From: Hamiltosporidium tvaerminnensis FI-OER-3-3
Taxonomy: Eukaryota; Fungi; Microsporidia
Reading direction: 5' to 3'
Assembly (NCBI GenBank): GCA_022605425.2
Contig: CM061248.1
Span: 248,001-312,000, forward strand
DNA length: 64,000 nt
Of this stretch, positions 1-13,015 are shown piece after piece. Under the pieces are notes generated by a model, which had not been told where the DNA came from, made no database searches, and worked only from the letters and a program-made list of their open reading frames with translations. Both the position numbers and the translations under genes were made by a program. Every line of letters starts with the position of its first letter. Position 1 is the first letter of the stretch.

Positions 1-2
1 GG

Positions 3-1526
3 GGTGTTAACGACTGTACTAATGAACAACAGGGTTTTAACACTAGTACACATGAGAAACACCCTGTTAACAAGACACCATATGAACAACACCCCTTTAA
101 TACCAATACTACAGATGAACAACACCCCTTTAATAACACTATATATACACATCAGGGTATAACACCCTTACAGCTTTGTATTTTAAGGTATTTAGAATAT
201 TTAGGAATAAATAACAATATCTTTAATAATAACAGGGTGTTAAATTACTGTAAATGGTTAGATATGTGTAATTATAGTATGTGTTGTTATCTTATGAATG
301 AAATAAGTAGAATAATTACAAGTAATGGTTATAACAGAAGTATAAAGGATACTAAGGATAACAGTATTATAGATCATGTATTGAATACTAATTGTATTGT
401 AAGTAATATGAACTCTAAGACTACTGTAGATATCAAGTCCAACCCTACCCTAACCCTAGACAATTGCATAAACAATTCTTCCCTAACCCTAGACACATCT
501 GTTAACAATACTACCCTAACCCTAGACACTTGCATAAACAATTCTTCCCTAACCCTAGACACTTGCATAAACAATAACCCTTCTTATGTAATATCTACTG
601 TTATAAAAAGTATAACAAGTCTTATGTTTACTAAGAATATACATTGGGAAAGAGGAATGATTTGTTTAAAAAGAATAAGTAATTGTATAACAGTAAATGA
701 ATATAAAGATTATTTGGATTGTTGTTATAAAATATTTATTGAAGATAAAGTTAAAGGAGAGGTTAGTTTTGAGAGGAAAAGAGAAAGAATTTTAATTCAG
801 TATATTGGTGTTTTAGAGGGTGTTATTTATAGGATTTTAGATTGTTATAAGGAAAAGGAGGTAAGGGGTGTTAATGATATAAGGTGTGATGTAAAGGGTG
901 TTAATAAGGGTAGTAATAAACAACAGGGTGTTAATATAAGTACTGATGAACAACAGGGTGTTAATATAAGTACTAATGAACAACAGGGTGTTAATATAAG
1001 TACTAATACTTATCACCCTTTAGATATAAGTCAAGATGAACAACACCCTTTAGATATAAGTAGTAATATTTATCACCCTCTTAATACCAATACTACACAG
1101 CACCCCTTTAACAATAACAATACTACTTATCACCCTCTTAATTACAATTATAACTTACATGATGATGTTAAAAGAACATTTTTATTGTTAGATAGCATTT
1201 GTGAGGGGGAGGTGTTATTTAGAGACAAATTATCTTTAAGAGTTATAGGGGTGTTATTTAACCATACAGAAATATTAGAAGTAAGAGAAATGGTATGTAG
1301 AAGGGTTAGTAGGGTGTTAAGAAGGTATGTTAAATGTGTTGTTAATCAGTCTATGTCTTATAAGGTAAGAGATATGTGTGTAAGAGTGTTAGAGTGTATG
1401 GAGAGTGTTAAAGATAAGAGTGTTATTGAATGTGTTAAGAAAGAGGTTTTAGATTGTTTGGTTGGAATGGAATGGAGGGTTGTTGATAGTGTTAGAAGGG
1501 TGTTAAGTATAATGTTTAGTGAGTAG
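3..1526 (+). CDS. 3' part of a large hypothetical protein with low-complexity repeat insertions (starts upstream of the window)
   Basis: The frame of ORF 237..1526 is open from base 3 (GVNDCTNEQQGFN...), so the GTG at 237 is not the true start. Contains TLTLDT, QQGVN and QHPFN/HPLN repeat blocks between helical-looking segments. Confidence 0.7.
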   Translation, partial: GVNDCTNEQQGFNTSTHEKHPVNKTPYEQHPFNTNTTDEQHPFNNTIYTHQGITPLQLCILRYLEYLGINNNIFNNNRVLNYCKWLDMCNYSMCCYLMNEISRIITSNGYNRSIKDTKDNSIIDHVLNTNCIVSNMNSKTTVDIKSNPTLTLDNCINNSSLTLDTSVNNTTLTLDTCINNSSLTLDTCINNNPSYVISTVIKSITSLMFTKNIHWERGMICLKRISNCITVNEYKDYLDCCYKIFIEDKVKGEVSFERKRERILIQYIGVLEGVIYRILDCYKEKEVRGVNDIRCDVKGVNKGSNKQQGVNISTDEQQGVNISTNEQQGVNISTNTYHPLDISQDEQHPLDISSNIYHPLNTNTTQHPFNNNNTTYHPLNYNYNLHDDVKRTFLLLDSICEGEVLFRDKLSLRVIGVLFNHTEILEVREMVCRRVSRVLRRYVKCVVNQSMSYKVRDMCVRVLECMESVKDKSVIECVKKEVLDCLVGMEWRVVDSVRRVLSIMFSE

Positions 1527-1990
1527 GGTTAGAGGGTGTTAAGTATAATGTTTAGTGAGGAGGGTTAGAGGGTGTTAATATATAGTAGTATAGTTAGTAT
1601 TATAAAGGGGTGTTAATATATAGTAGCATAGTTAGATGTTAAAGGGGGTTTAATATATAGTAGTTTGGTTAGTATGATAAAGGGGTGTTATTATAAAGAG
1701 TACTATCTTATTATAAAGGGGTGTTAATATATGGTAGTACTATCCTATGATAACGGGGTGTTATTATAAAGAATACTATCTTATTATAAAGGGGTTTTAT
1801 TATTAATGGTAGTATAGTATGTAGGATAACGGGGTGTTATTATAAAGAATACTATTCTATGTTAAAGAGGTGTTAATATATAGTAGTTTAGTTAGTATGA
1901 TAAAGGGGTGTTATTATAAAGAGTAATATCCTATGATAAAGGGGTTTTATTATAAAGAATACTATCCTATAATAAGGGGGTGTTAATGAA
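1525..1990 (+). repeat. Degenerate ~35-bp minisatellite with (A)GGGGTGTTA core
   Basis: Repeated aaaggggtgttaatatatagtag / ggggtgttattataaag units immediately after the stop codon at 1526. Confidence 0.85.
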
Positions 1991-2149
1991 GTATTTCCTC
2001 TTTAGTGTTGTTATGCTTATTAAGACAATCATACTTTTATTTTTACTTCCTTAAATAAAAAATTATAAATAATACTGTTGTTTAACAGCCTTTTACTTTC
2101 TTTATAAATTTTTATACAAATTAACATCTTTTTACACAATACTATCATT

Positions 2150-2290
2150 TGCTATATTTAACACCCTTTAATAAATATTTATCAATTTACTATATTTAAC
2201 ACCCTTTAATAATACTATCATTTACTATAATTAAAACCCTTTAATAATTCTATCCTTATCTATACTTAAAACCCTTTAATAATACTAATC
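2150..2290 (-). repeat. Same minisatellite core in the opposite orientation (TTAACACCCC on +)
   Basis: ttaacacccttta / ttaaaacccttta units downstream of the minus-strand glutaredoxin. Confidence 0.75.
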
Positions 2291-2348
2291 TATTTAAAGA
2301 AGCAAATTATTAAAAATCTGTTTTTTAAGAAAGAAAAGTCAATTTTAT

Positions 2349-2768
2349 TTATCCACAGACAATATTAAACCTAGAAAAATTTACTGGTCTTAAAGCCAGT
2401 GTTTTATATAACATATCACTAAAAAAAGTATCTAAATGATATCTTTTATAAAAATCATGATAATCTCCGATATACTCTCCACACACAAAAACAACAGGAA
2501 ATTCTTTATTATTGTAAGTTAAAGATATATGTTGACGCATATTTAAATTAGAATTTAAATCTATCTCTTTAAACTGTAAATTAATATAAGAAAGTACTTT
2601 CTTAAGTCTGTTAAAATCTGGACATGTTTTGCTTCCTACAATTACTATTTTATTCGTTTTTATATAATTATTAAATTCTTCTACGGTAATATCTTTTTTA
2701 AAATCATCTGTGTAGAAACGTGTGTAGATTATATTTGTAATAAGTATAAGAAGTGTTATTATTATCAT
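2349..2768 (-). CDS. Glutaredoxin-like protein, monothiol-type (CPDF), N-terminal signal peptide
   Basis: SKTCPDF active-site region, FPVVFVCGEYIGDY (cis-Pro/GG region of the Grx fold), hydrophobic N-terminus MIIITLLILITNIIYT. Confidence 0.8.
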   Translation of the reverse strand: MIIITLLILITNIIYTRFYTDDFKKDITVEEFNNYIKTNKIVIVGSKTCPDFNRLKKVLSYINLQFKEIDLNSNLNMRQHISLTYNNKEFPVVFVCGEYIGDYHDFYKRYHLDTFFSDMLYKTLALRPVNFSRFNIVCG

Positions 2769-3593
2769 TTCTGGTTGCTGTGTTTGTTTTTTTATTTTGT
2801 GTTTTATTTTGTTTTAAACGTGACATGTTTGTTTTGTTTTGGTGTGACATGTTTATTTTGGTTATATGTTTTAAATATTTCTTTGAATGTGATGTTTGAT
2901 TTGTTTCTGTTTTTTTATTTGGTGTTATATTCATTTCTTTGAATGTGATGTTTGTTTTGTTTCGTGTTTATTTTATTTTGTTTTAAATTAATTTTCTTAT
3001 CTAATATTTGATAAATTAAAATTTTTAATTTAAAATTTTATTTATGGTTTTATATTAAAATACTTTCCAGGAATATTTTATATTATTTGTGAATTGGAGT
3101 TAATGTTTTTATTATTTTGAGATTAAAGTATTCTATAAAGAGACAAGATTTAAGAGATTTCAATTAATCTTGAAAGTATAATTTTGATATCATGTTTCTT
3201 TGTACTGATTGATAAGTTTCGAAGTTTAAAAATTAAATGATTTTTTACTGTATTTGTTGTATTTGGGTTGTATTTATAAAATAGTTTTAATTTTCGATTT
3301 ATTAAATCAGAGGATATAAATATTATTATTTTGAAGTTGTGGAAATAATAAATCGAAATTTAAGTTTTACACAATGAATGTATCCAGAAATTTATTTATT
3401 TTATTCATCTTAAAATTAAATAATTTTAGTTGAAATAAGTTATACATTATGTATACGTCGGAATTAACGATTATTAGTTATTAAGTATTTATAGTTTAAA
3501 CTAAAATTTAGTCTTGAATATATTTATAATGCAAAATAAATTAATTTAATTACTAAATATGGCAATATTTTAAGAAAATAAAAATAAACAGAT

Positions 3594-4010
3594 TTATTTA
3601 TTGGTGCAACCGACCACGCCAGTTTGAATCATTGGCTTTTTTACATTGAATGTATTGTCAAATACACTATTGTCATCAGTGGTCAGATTATACTTTTCGA
3701 GAAATTTATCGTAACCGCCAATAAATTCACCACACAGAAATATAGCAGGTACATACTTATATCCATAGACTATTGTCATCAAATCGTAAAGAAGAGGATT
3801 TGCTCCTAATTCAATATCTACGTACGGTACTCCCATTTTGTTAAGTGTATTTTTAAGAGCCAAGCAATATTTACATGTGGGACTCGTGAGAATGGTAATT
3901 TTATTATTTTTTGCTATTTTTTCGAATTCTGGGACAGTCAGATTGACATATTTCGAATGTGCAGCTGTAATTATTTCCGTCACTGCAAATATAAGAAAAT
4001 AAAAAATCAT
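3594..4010 (-). CDS. Glutaredoxin, dithiol (CKYC), N-terminal signal peptide
   Basis: SPTCKYC, YVPAIFLCGEFIGGYD; signal-like MIFYFLIFAVTEIITA; clear paralog of 2349..2768. Confidence 0.88.
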   Translation of the reverse strand: MIFYFLIFAVTEIITAAHSKYVNLTVPEFEKIAKNNKITILTSPTCKYCLALKNTLNKMGVPYVDIELGANPLLYDLMTIVYGYKYVPAIFLCGEFIGGYDKFLEKYNLTTDDNSVFDNTFNVKKPMIQTGVVGCTNK

Positions 4011-5449
4011 AAAAACAAAATTCTAAAAGTATTTATAGTTTAGTTTATTTCAAAAGTGTTTTATTGCTGATTATTTTTAAGTTTAATTAATTTAATTAGT
4101 TCAAAAATATTTAATATGTGATTTGTTAGAAAATATTAATGAATAAAGTTGTTGGGTGATTATCATTAATGATTGTTTTAAAAGATTAATTTTAATTTTA
4201 TTTGTAGATTAATATTGTATTACATCATGTTTGAATATTAGATTTAGAAACAGAAATTATTATGATTATATATCTTAGTATTTATATTATTAAATGTAAC
4301 AGATTCTTATCTCTAATATAGGATGTTAAACATATAGATTAGTTGATATTTTCTTAATAAGTTTAAATTTTTCGAATATTTTTTCCATTATAAAACTAGG
4401 ATGATATACTAGCAGTTATATTATTGATGAACTAAAGAATTGTCATTTATTTATTTATCTCACCATAACAAAATGCATTTATAAAAAGAGGAAATATTCT
4501 TAGATATATTATTATTTCGTACATCCTATCTATATATAATGATACCAAATCATAATATTTAATCAAGAATAATCCTTTAATTTTAATCATCTATACCATT
4601 TCCTAGAAATATATTAACAGAGCGACAAATTTATATATGAAAGACTTTGGAAAAATATTCAAAAAAATATATAATTAAAAAGTATGGAAAATCTTGAGAA
4701 GGCTAACAGAATGAAAAATCTCATTGCAATAGAATAGAAATTTAAGGGTGAAATACTTACATGCGTTATAGCCTTAAATTGATAATCAAACATACCATAA
4801 GAAGTAATTTGACCGCTACAAATATCCATAAAGATAGGAAAACATATACGATTCGAAGTACTCAAATACTGGAATACGTTTTTTAGGATTGAACGGAGAA
4901 GACAAAGGTATATCCAAATACAAATGGTAATCGCGCGTAAAAAACACCTATTTACATTGAATTGAGATAATTATCTAGGGAGCTATTAGCTATGCAAAAC
5001 ATGCTAAGATAATGAAGAACGTGATAGGACATATAGGAGATAAAAGATTTGGTTGTGTTTTCGATGTTGCGACTACAAACAGAAGCTAAAACTACTAAGA
5101 AATTTGAGCAAAATATAAAAAAAGGCAAATAAATCTGGTAAAGAATTACTTTTTCGAATAGTACATAAAAATGTAGTTAAAGAATATTTTATAAATTGAT
5201 TTTTTAATCGTTCGGCTATTTCTCTTGCTTATAGTGCGCCGTATTCCATCATTCTTTTCTTTTAATAAGATCTGTTTTTAATATCTAGCACATTTTCTTA
5301 AGTTTCTGAGTTAATTTTGGTTTTTTTCATATATTTTATAGCTTTGTGTCTTATGATTTTGGTTTTTTTTGACACATTGTTCTTTGTTTAGTTCATTAGT
5401 AATGATATTGCATGTAGAATATGGTTTTTATAGTGTTATATGGCATAAT

Positions 5450-7300
5450 CCGAGCCTATTCGACTCTCTAATCCGCTTATATTTGAAACTTTGAACTTCA
5501 TCGAAACACTGAAATAATAGTATGAATAATTTTTTGAATACTATCAACGAAATACTTGTCTTAAATTTCATAAATATAGGCATTTTTGGGGGAACATATC
5601 TTATCATATCTTGTATGTCTGCATTATGACATATTACATTATAGTTTATTTCTGGGTTTTGCTTCTAAGAAAAACCTAATTCATAAGCAGCTAGTTTTAA
5701 TTCCTTAAATTCCCTATTTCTAGCCCAAAAGGTAGCATAATATATAATAGGTTCTGATCCCAGAAATTATTGTTTAGAATGTTTACTGACCAAAATATAC
5801 ATTTCTAAAACAATATTCACAGTTTAGACATCAACTTTATATCCTTGTATCACTATAATTTTGAGATACTCTTTTTAAAGGTTTCGTTTACTGATGTTAC
5901 TAGTAATTCGTTTTGCACATTTAAATTTGTATATATTCAAATTAAGCAAATGGAGATATTCTCTATTTTACTATGTCTTCTCGTATGGTGATCTAAAAGC
6001 TGTTTCTCACATCGAGCCGCCAAATAAATCACAATTTTACCAGACTGTTTGCAAACTCGGATTTCTTTCTAGATTTATAATTTATTTTATTTTAGAGTCA
6101 AGAAAACCATTTTTATTTAAGATGTTATTGTCTTTTTCAGTCTCGTCCTTTGGAAGAATCGGAAATAAATAGGGACATTCTCTATTGTATAATACACTAT
6201 AAAATCATCTTTAGAAGGCTTTTATTTTTCAAATAAATAGAGTTTTATGAGCTTTTAGAAATCATTCCGATGGATCACTTTTGAATCGTATTTTATTAGA
6301 AAGTATCTTTTTCAGATATATACTATCTATAAGATTATGGCTTTTCTGGTTATGATTTTCTTCAGATTTCGATTTAGCTCCGAGTTAGATGCATACGTCC
6401 TTAGTAATTTACTAACATGTAAGTTTCTTTAATATTCTACATTAGGAAGAAACAGAAGTATTCTAGAACTTAAAATATGTTCTGTTCCTCCTATATTAAA
6501 ACAGATGCACCAAGTCTTAAAACCCAGATATATTAGTTGGTTGGACTCGAAGCCTTCTTATATGATGTTTTGTTAGCAATGTCGCATGTAGATCATTTGA
6601 TTAGATAGTTTTTTTGAATTAAATCAAGGAAGAAATGTCTTTTAACTCTTGCTATATCTTTGCAAAATAAACCTATAAATTAACTACATATTTAATTTAT
6701 CTGCTATCTTCTGTTATCTTCACATATTTATTAAAACCAACACATTTTATATGAATAGCGGTATATTCGTTCCACGTATCTTTTTTGCTTATATAAATTC
6801 CACCTATCCGAATCTAACAACCTTTGATAGCTTGATCACACTTGGCTGCCAAATATTGTAACTTTGTTCTGTTTTTTAACCAAAAATAGCAAATCGCTAA
6901 TGAACAAGAGGCGATTATTACTGTGAGAATTTGCATCATTATGTATTGTCATTTTGTGTATTTCTCATTGCGTTTGTGGCTGAATGGATTTATATACAAC
7001 AGAAAAGCAAATGTGAAAACCCATTTCTCAGCAGTATACTCATCTCATTTTTTCGTTCGGCATTTTTTAAGCCTCTATTTCTTATCAAGATTTATTTAAA
7101 TATTATTACCTTGAAATTTTGAATCGAATCAGGCGAAATGAATTTTTGTTAGACTTGATTCAAAAACATGACCTATGGAATCATAAACTTTTTTTGCTTC
7201 AATTTACACAGCTTTAATATCATTTCAGCACTCTATTTTAGTAGCATTTAATATGACTTATCTTTTGCTCTTTTTAAACTACATACAGCCTATAATTAGT
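5450..7300 (-). mobile_element. Possible heavily decayed LTR-retrotransposon pol relic
   Basis: Only short remnants on the minus strand, resembling RNase H (AICYF..K.EQSYNI near 6855-6900) and integrase SD(Q)G (~5850); no intact ORF. Confidence 0.25.
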
Positions 7301-8039
7301 TTTCTTAACAACAAACGCCTGTTTACTTCTATTTGAACCACTCTCATGAAAAAATTCGTTAAATTTTAGAGAATTACAACAAGAGATTGACGGTTACTCA
7401 TTACCTCTTTATGGAATGCTTTTTGGAACGAAACAGATATGGCCATATATAGATCAATCTGCCTGCGGTTATTCCTTTAAAACATATAGTTTTACAATGG
7501 AAAAAAGATATTTTGACACGTCGTAAGTTTTTTACATGAAAGTTTTTAAATAATTAATTTAGAGGGCTTTCCGGTTGAGAAGTCAAATAATCATACTAAT
7601 AATTCATCAAGCGAAGTCAGCGTGGTCTGGTGAGTATATGATAACAAAATAACAGGTATATCAAATGTGATTGTGTTCTTATTTTTTTCCAACGTTGTTG
7701 ACCGAAAACTCACGGTTTCATTCTGGATAAATCATATAAAGATGCAACTTTCTGAAAAAGAAATAATGAAAACGACTCCACAACGGCCACACATCGATTC
7801 TGTTGTCGGCTTGTATCCTACTTTCCTAAATTATAAGTTTTTTACGCAGATACTCTAAGAAGGGTTCTGTTTTTTAGAGCCTCAATGTAATTTGTTTACG
7901 CGGGAAAAATTTAAATTGCACTCTTTCATGAATTTGCGGGGATTTTTGTTTACAAAGGAAAGTTATCCTGTTTATGGGGTTTCGTAGAGATATCTTTTCT
8001 TTGTTTCAAACAAAAATTTTACTGTAAATATTTTCTCTT

Positions 8040-8450
8040 CACACCAATCTAGATTTTCTTGGTATTCTTACTCGTAATAGCATACTTGCGCCGCTTAAAT
8101 AATTTCAGCATTAAATTTGGTGATTGTTACATGAGATTCGGCATATTCATCTCTGGTTCAATCTATTTGTTTAAGATTCTACTATCAACCAATTCACTTG
8201 GAAATTTTCTAGTTCGGACCACTACATCTAAAATTCCTTCTTCGTGAGTTTCTTGACTTTACACAAGAACTTCTCTCTCTGCTTAATATTGAGCGTGTGT
8301 CAGTTAAGGAACATGGTTCTGCGAGACAAATGGCGTTGCTGAGTCGCTTTTCGTTCGCTAATTGCCTTGTGTGGTTTTCTGCTCATTCTATGTTAATTTT
8401 TTTAACACATCAATATCAACAGTAAAGTCAAATTTTTACTTAAGGTACCT
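8040..8450 (-). mobile_element. Decayed fragment of the N-terminal region of the RLE non-LTR element family
   Basis: agttcggaccactac and gtcagttaaggaacatggttctgcgagacaaatggcg align with 34715-34845 of the intact copy. Confidence 0.75.
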
Positions 8451-9009
8451 AATAATAATAAACAACCGTGTCAAAACAGGCTTCTAGATCTTTTCGCAGA
8501 TCAGGAAGAGCCCTTCAATACCATTTCCGCCATACAGCTGTTACATAATTTAGTGTCAAATGTAATGATTAGTTGTTGTTTTTTTCGACAATGCAACGGC
8601 GTAAGAGTTTCTTTAACATTATCCGAGCGTCGGGCGAGGAATTTGAGCAGGAAGACGAGTATATAGTGTCAATCAAGAAAACTAAAGGTAGTTAAGAAAT
8701 ATTTCTCGATACTAAAGGATATTTTATAGATGGCCGGTTTTGATGGAAGTTTCTTGTTGTTACCAAATACTGACACAACTTTATCTTCTTTACAGTAGTT
8801 TCTGGCTTGTTTACAACCTGTAATTGTTTATTTTTATATTTTTCGGCCAACTATTTTTTTTCTACACAATTTATTCTATAAATTCTGGGCTAAAAATTCT
8901 CTATGACGTTTAGAAATTTCCTTCTACCTCTTTAATTCCAATATTTTTCTCTTCTAAATTTATTTTATTTAATATCTATTGTCGGTTCCTACATCGTAAA
9001 TATGTGATT

Positions 9010-9350
9010 AAAAAAAATTGTATGTAGTCATTTACCACCATCTTCCTTTTTAGTCGCTCCTTGTAAAACTAAGGTTAGTTCCTCTGGTATTTCGGTTTTT
9101 TAATTACACCAAATGACGCCTCCTCTAAGCTCTTTTTCTCATTTGGTCCTCGACTCAAGTCCTCTTTTCGAAAAACGAAATTTTTTGGACTATCTTATTA
9201 AGTACTTTCTTCTGAATGTATGCTTCTATATTCATGGATATTTGAAGTTTTTAAGGTATGACTTATGATATTTTATCACAATACCGCCCTAGGTAATCAC
9301 ATAAGGGATTGTCTCAACGTTACACGTATTAATAACACCTAAATCATGCA
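9010..9350 (-). mobile_element. Decayed 3' (RLE/C-terminal) fragment of the same non-LTR family
   Basis: gtatgcttctatatt...gacttatgatattttatcacaataccg...atcacataaggga aligns with 31970-32070. Confidence 0.75.
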
Positions 9351-11445
9351 TTCCTCGTATTATTTTTTTTATAGCTGAAAATATTGGAAAAAAGTAGGTG
9401 AGTATGAAAGAATAGAATATAAAATACATTCAAGACTTGTTTTCTCGTCTGAATGTTCTACTTTTTATTTAACCACATAATTATCAAAATTTCTGCTCTG
9501 TTCATGGAATCTTTTTTTAAAAATTTTCGGAGGATAGGAGAATGTCTAGGCTTACGTAAAACACTTTAATATATGATATCTGGAATATTTTAGTTCCTAA
9601 TTTTGCTTAAAATACCATTAATTACCTCATAGTGAGGTATAGGTAGTACAAAAATTAATATTGAAGAAGCATTTTTCATAAATTGACATAAAATCTAAGA
9701 AGTTCTTAACCCGCAAAACTTTTATAGGAGTCAATGTAATCCACGAGCCAAAAGGGTGGCGATCCTTAAACTAATTAATTAAAAACAATATAATGATCAA
9801 TTTTTGCTGATTTAATGCCATATTTTATATACTGCAAGGTTTTATTGGTTTTTAGGTCTGTTGAATTTAAATAATTTTTGAAATGTAATGGATTAATGCA
9901 TTGTCAAGGAGTAACTATTTAAAAATTCACGATAGTTTAAGAATCTTGAAAGTCAAGGCATAGTTGAATAGTAAACTAATTTTAGGAACGGCTTTTTACA
10001 GAGTCTTTGTTTGATAATGGACTAAAAATAGTTAGATCATGTAAAGAGTTTTTCATTGAAAAAATAAAAATAATAATTTAATGAAAGAAGTTTATTTAAT
10101 CTTTTATAAAATGCACGTAGTTTCGAGTTTTGTATAAATAACATCTCTAAACATCATCTAGTCTTTTAAATAGCAACATCCTAATCTATTTAGATCCAGA
10201 AGATATTTAGAATCTATCTGATCGCCAAGATTGTTGCTTAATATGATTATAGGAGGGGAACTAAATCCTGCTCTTCTCTCATAAGTCAAGCTGTATTCTT
10301 AGATAGTCTACACTTCCTAATAAAAAAAACTTCTATCTAAGATATATTGCGAGGGCTTAAATAAGGTTTATCTGGACGTGGCAATTTCATTGTATCCGAT
10401 AATGCCAGCTACTTGGGTTTCATCTCAATGTCGTTAAATCTTCAATACGATAGACTAAGGTATGTGTTAGTGGTTTGTATGCTAATTAGCTATATATATG
10501 AACCATGAAATATGATATAGTTCGATAAGCAAATCCACCTAACTTTGTTAAAATTCACTTCCATATTCGAATTCTATCGAAGAATCGAAACTGTTGAGTG
10601 TATTCATTTCACGAAAATTTGAAAAAAATAATTTCGGCTAATAATTTAACTGTTTTTATGAAACAGATTTTTTCGCTGGGTTAATCTTATTCACTATCTA
10701 AGCCGCTAAAATATACCAAAAAAATCAAAATTCTTTACCGAACGAGTAAATTTTTTGATTATGGGTTGTACGATTTTGATTTTAATTATGATTCTAAACC
10801 GGGAAGTTTAAAAGAATAAAAAAAGGAAGAAGAAAATACACCGAAAAATTCGTGTTTTTTCATTGAGAAAATACGCCAAAACAAGTAATACATTTTAATG
10901 ACAATTAAAGCTTTAGTACAAAAAGCTTTAGATTATAAAATAAGTCAAAATTAATCAAATTCATAAACACTGATTTATTTCGACATGTGATATATAGAAT
11001 GAATCATAACAGTTAAATATGTCCAAAATCAATATTTTTTAAAAGACCAAATGAAACCCGAGATGTTTTAAGACTAAAATTCACATATTATTTATATCAA
11101 CTCAATCAATAATTTATATTTGTCGATTATATAAATTTAAAATCTAAATTAATAGAAATTTAAGTATAAAACTATATTTTTTTAATTAAATTATTTCTAC
11201 AAAACATATAAGGTGAAATAAAATTGTCTTTCGAATATTTGAATCCGCAAAAAAAATTAGCATGAAGCTGTCATATTTTGAGACTTTTTTTTACATGTCC
11301 ATATTTTCTTTATTAAAATTTACTTCTTTTGTAAATTTTTTCAGAATAAGATTTTGCAAAAAATAATCAAAATCAAATGTCTTTTTTTTATATCGTCGTG
11401 TCAACTAAATTGCAGTATTTATATTAAATAAATAGATTTGTATCC

Positions 11446-13015
11446 ATGTATTCGCAGAGAGTTTTATCGATTAAATATTTTGATTTGATAATTTCATTAT
11501 TCTTAATGTGTAAATCAAGCAAAATTGCAAAGAATGAAAACCGGGGAAATGTTTTGAATCAAAGAAATCCGATGCCTACCTTTCTTTCATACGATAATTA
11601 CGCTTATGAACAGCATCAGAATGTTCAAAATACTTATTATCCTCGTGCATCTGATAATGGATATCCAGGGCATCTTGTAGCTGACAATCAAATTTTTTTA
11701 TACGACCAATCTCAAATTATATCATGGTTCACATAATTTTGGTATATGGTTGGCTCCATGCCTTCTAAAAAATCCATATAGTTTAGATTGCGAAGAATAT
11801 TTATACCCAGAACCAATTTATTTAGTTTTAAAGCCAGTCTATTTATTTTCATTTCACCATAGTACATCGAATTTCAATTCAAATATAGCTCTGTTTAAGT
11901 GGCTGACTATTTTGCGAATAATCAAGCATACAAAACCGATACAAATCTACCAATACAGACCGAGTTTTCCCAAAAAATGACTAATATTTTAAACGACATT
12001 TTAAAATATCAAATAGGAAATACATTACCAGATATTTCTATACTTATGAAATATGACTATTTTTTTAATAATATTCTTTGTCAAGAACAATTAGAAATTT
12101 TATTTTTTGATATATTCAAGATTGATTGAAATTGAAAGGCGTATTTTAGACAAAAATCCTTCCCAAAAATATGAATTTAAGCAAGCTTTTTTTTAGCATA
12201 TAAATCAAATCAATTTTTTAAGTTTCAATTCAAATATTATTTTTAATGTTCCAATGCTTATTTCACTAAAAAAACTTTCTTGAAATAAAAATTAAACTTA
12301 AGAAATCAAATACAAAAAATCATATTGCAATATGTTTTGGTTTGAAACTACATACCAGTGTTATAATTAAAACAGTTCAAGAGATTAATAATATTTTAAA
12401 TCAAGGAACAAGCATTTATTCACATGATCCCGAGAAAAAAATTGATTATATTTCGAATTTGAATTCAAACATTATTTCAAAAATCATTTCTAAGATTTTT
12501 TCTACATTTAGTTTTAGTAGAAATTTTAGATGTATATTCGTTTTGAGTATGGAATTACAAAAAAAAGATGTCCTGATATTTTTAAAGATAAAAAAATTAT
12601 GTTCAAAGAACATGATATATCATTCTTACCTGACATTCTTTTATACTTAAAAGAATCTGATATTATTGAGATCATTGCATTTAATGAGCGAAAAATCCTA
12701 ACATTAAACGTAAAACATAGTCATAGAAGTCCTGTATCCGTAAATTTTATTACTCAAAATGAAATTGTCTTAAGTAAGGAATTACTTATAAAAATAATCG
12801 CCTGTTATTTTTTGATCTTTGAAGATGATGAAATAAACTTCTTAGAAGCATTTAATTATGTTGATATAGTTAAACACGGCTATAAAATTCTAGAAAAAGA
12901 TTTGAAGCGATTAAACGAGATTTTATTCTATTTGATACATGTGATAAAACTCTTTTACGAAGACTTCTTTACGATACTTTTTATTTCTTTCATTATGGTA
13001 ACGCTATCGTCATAA
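11446..13015 (+). pseudogene. Fragmented paralog of the 18033..19715 gene
   Basis: Five ORF pieces share motifs with the 565-aa ORF: MCKS, ILKYQIGNTLPDISILMKYDY vs ILNYQKGNIIPDISIIWKHDY, DISFLPDILLYLKESDIIEII vs DLSFLPDIFFYLQESDIIEII; stops and frameshifts lie between them. Confidence 0.85.

Noticed and set aside
4860-5160. Possible decayed DDE (Merlin-like) transposase trace
   Set aside because: Too degenerate to support by eye.
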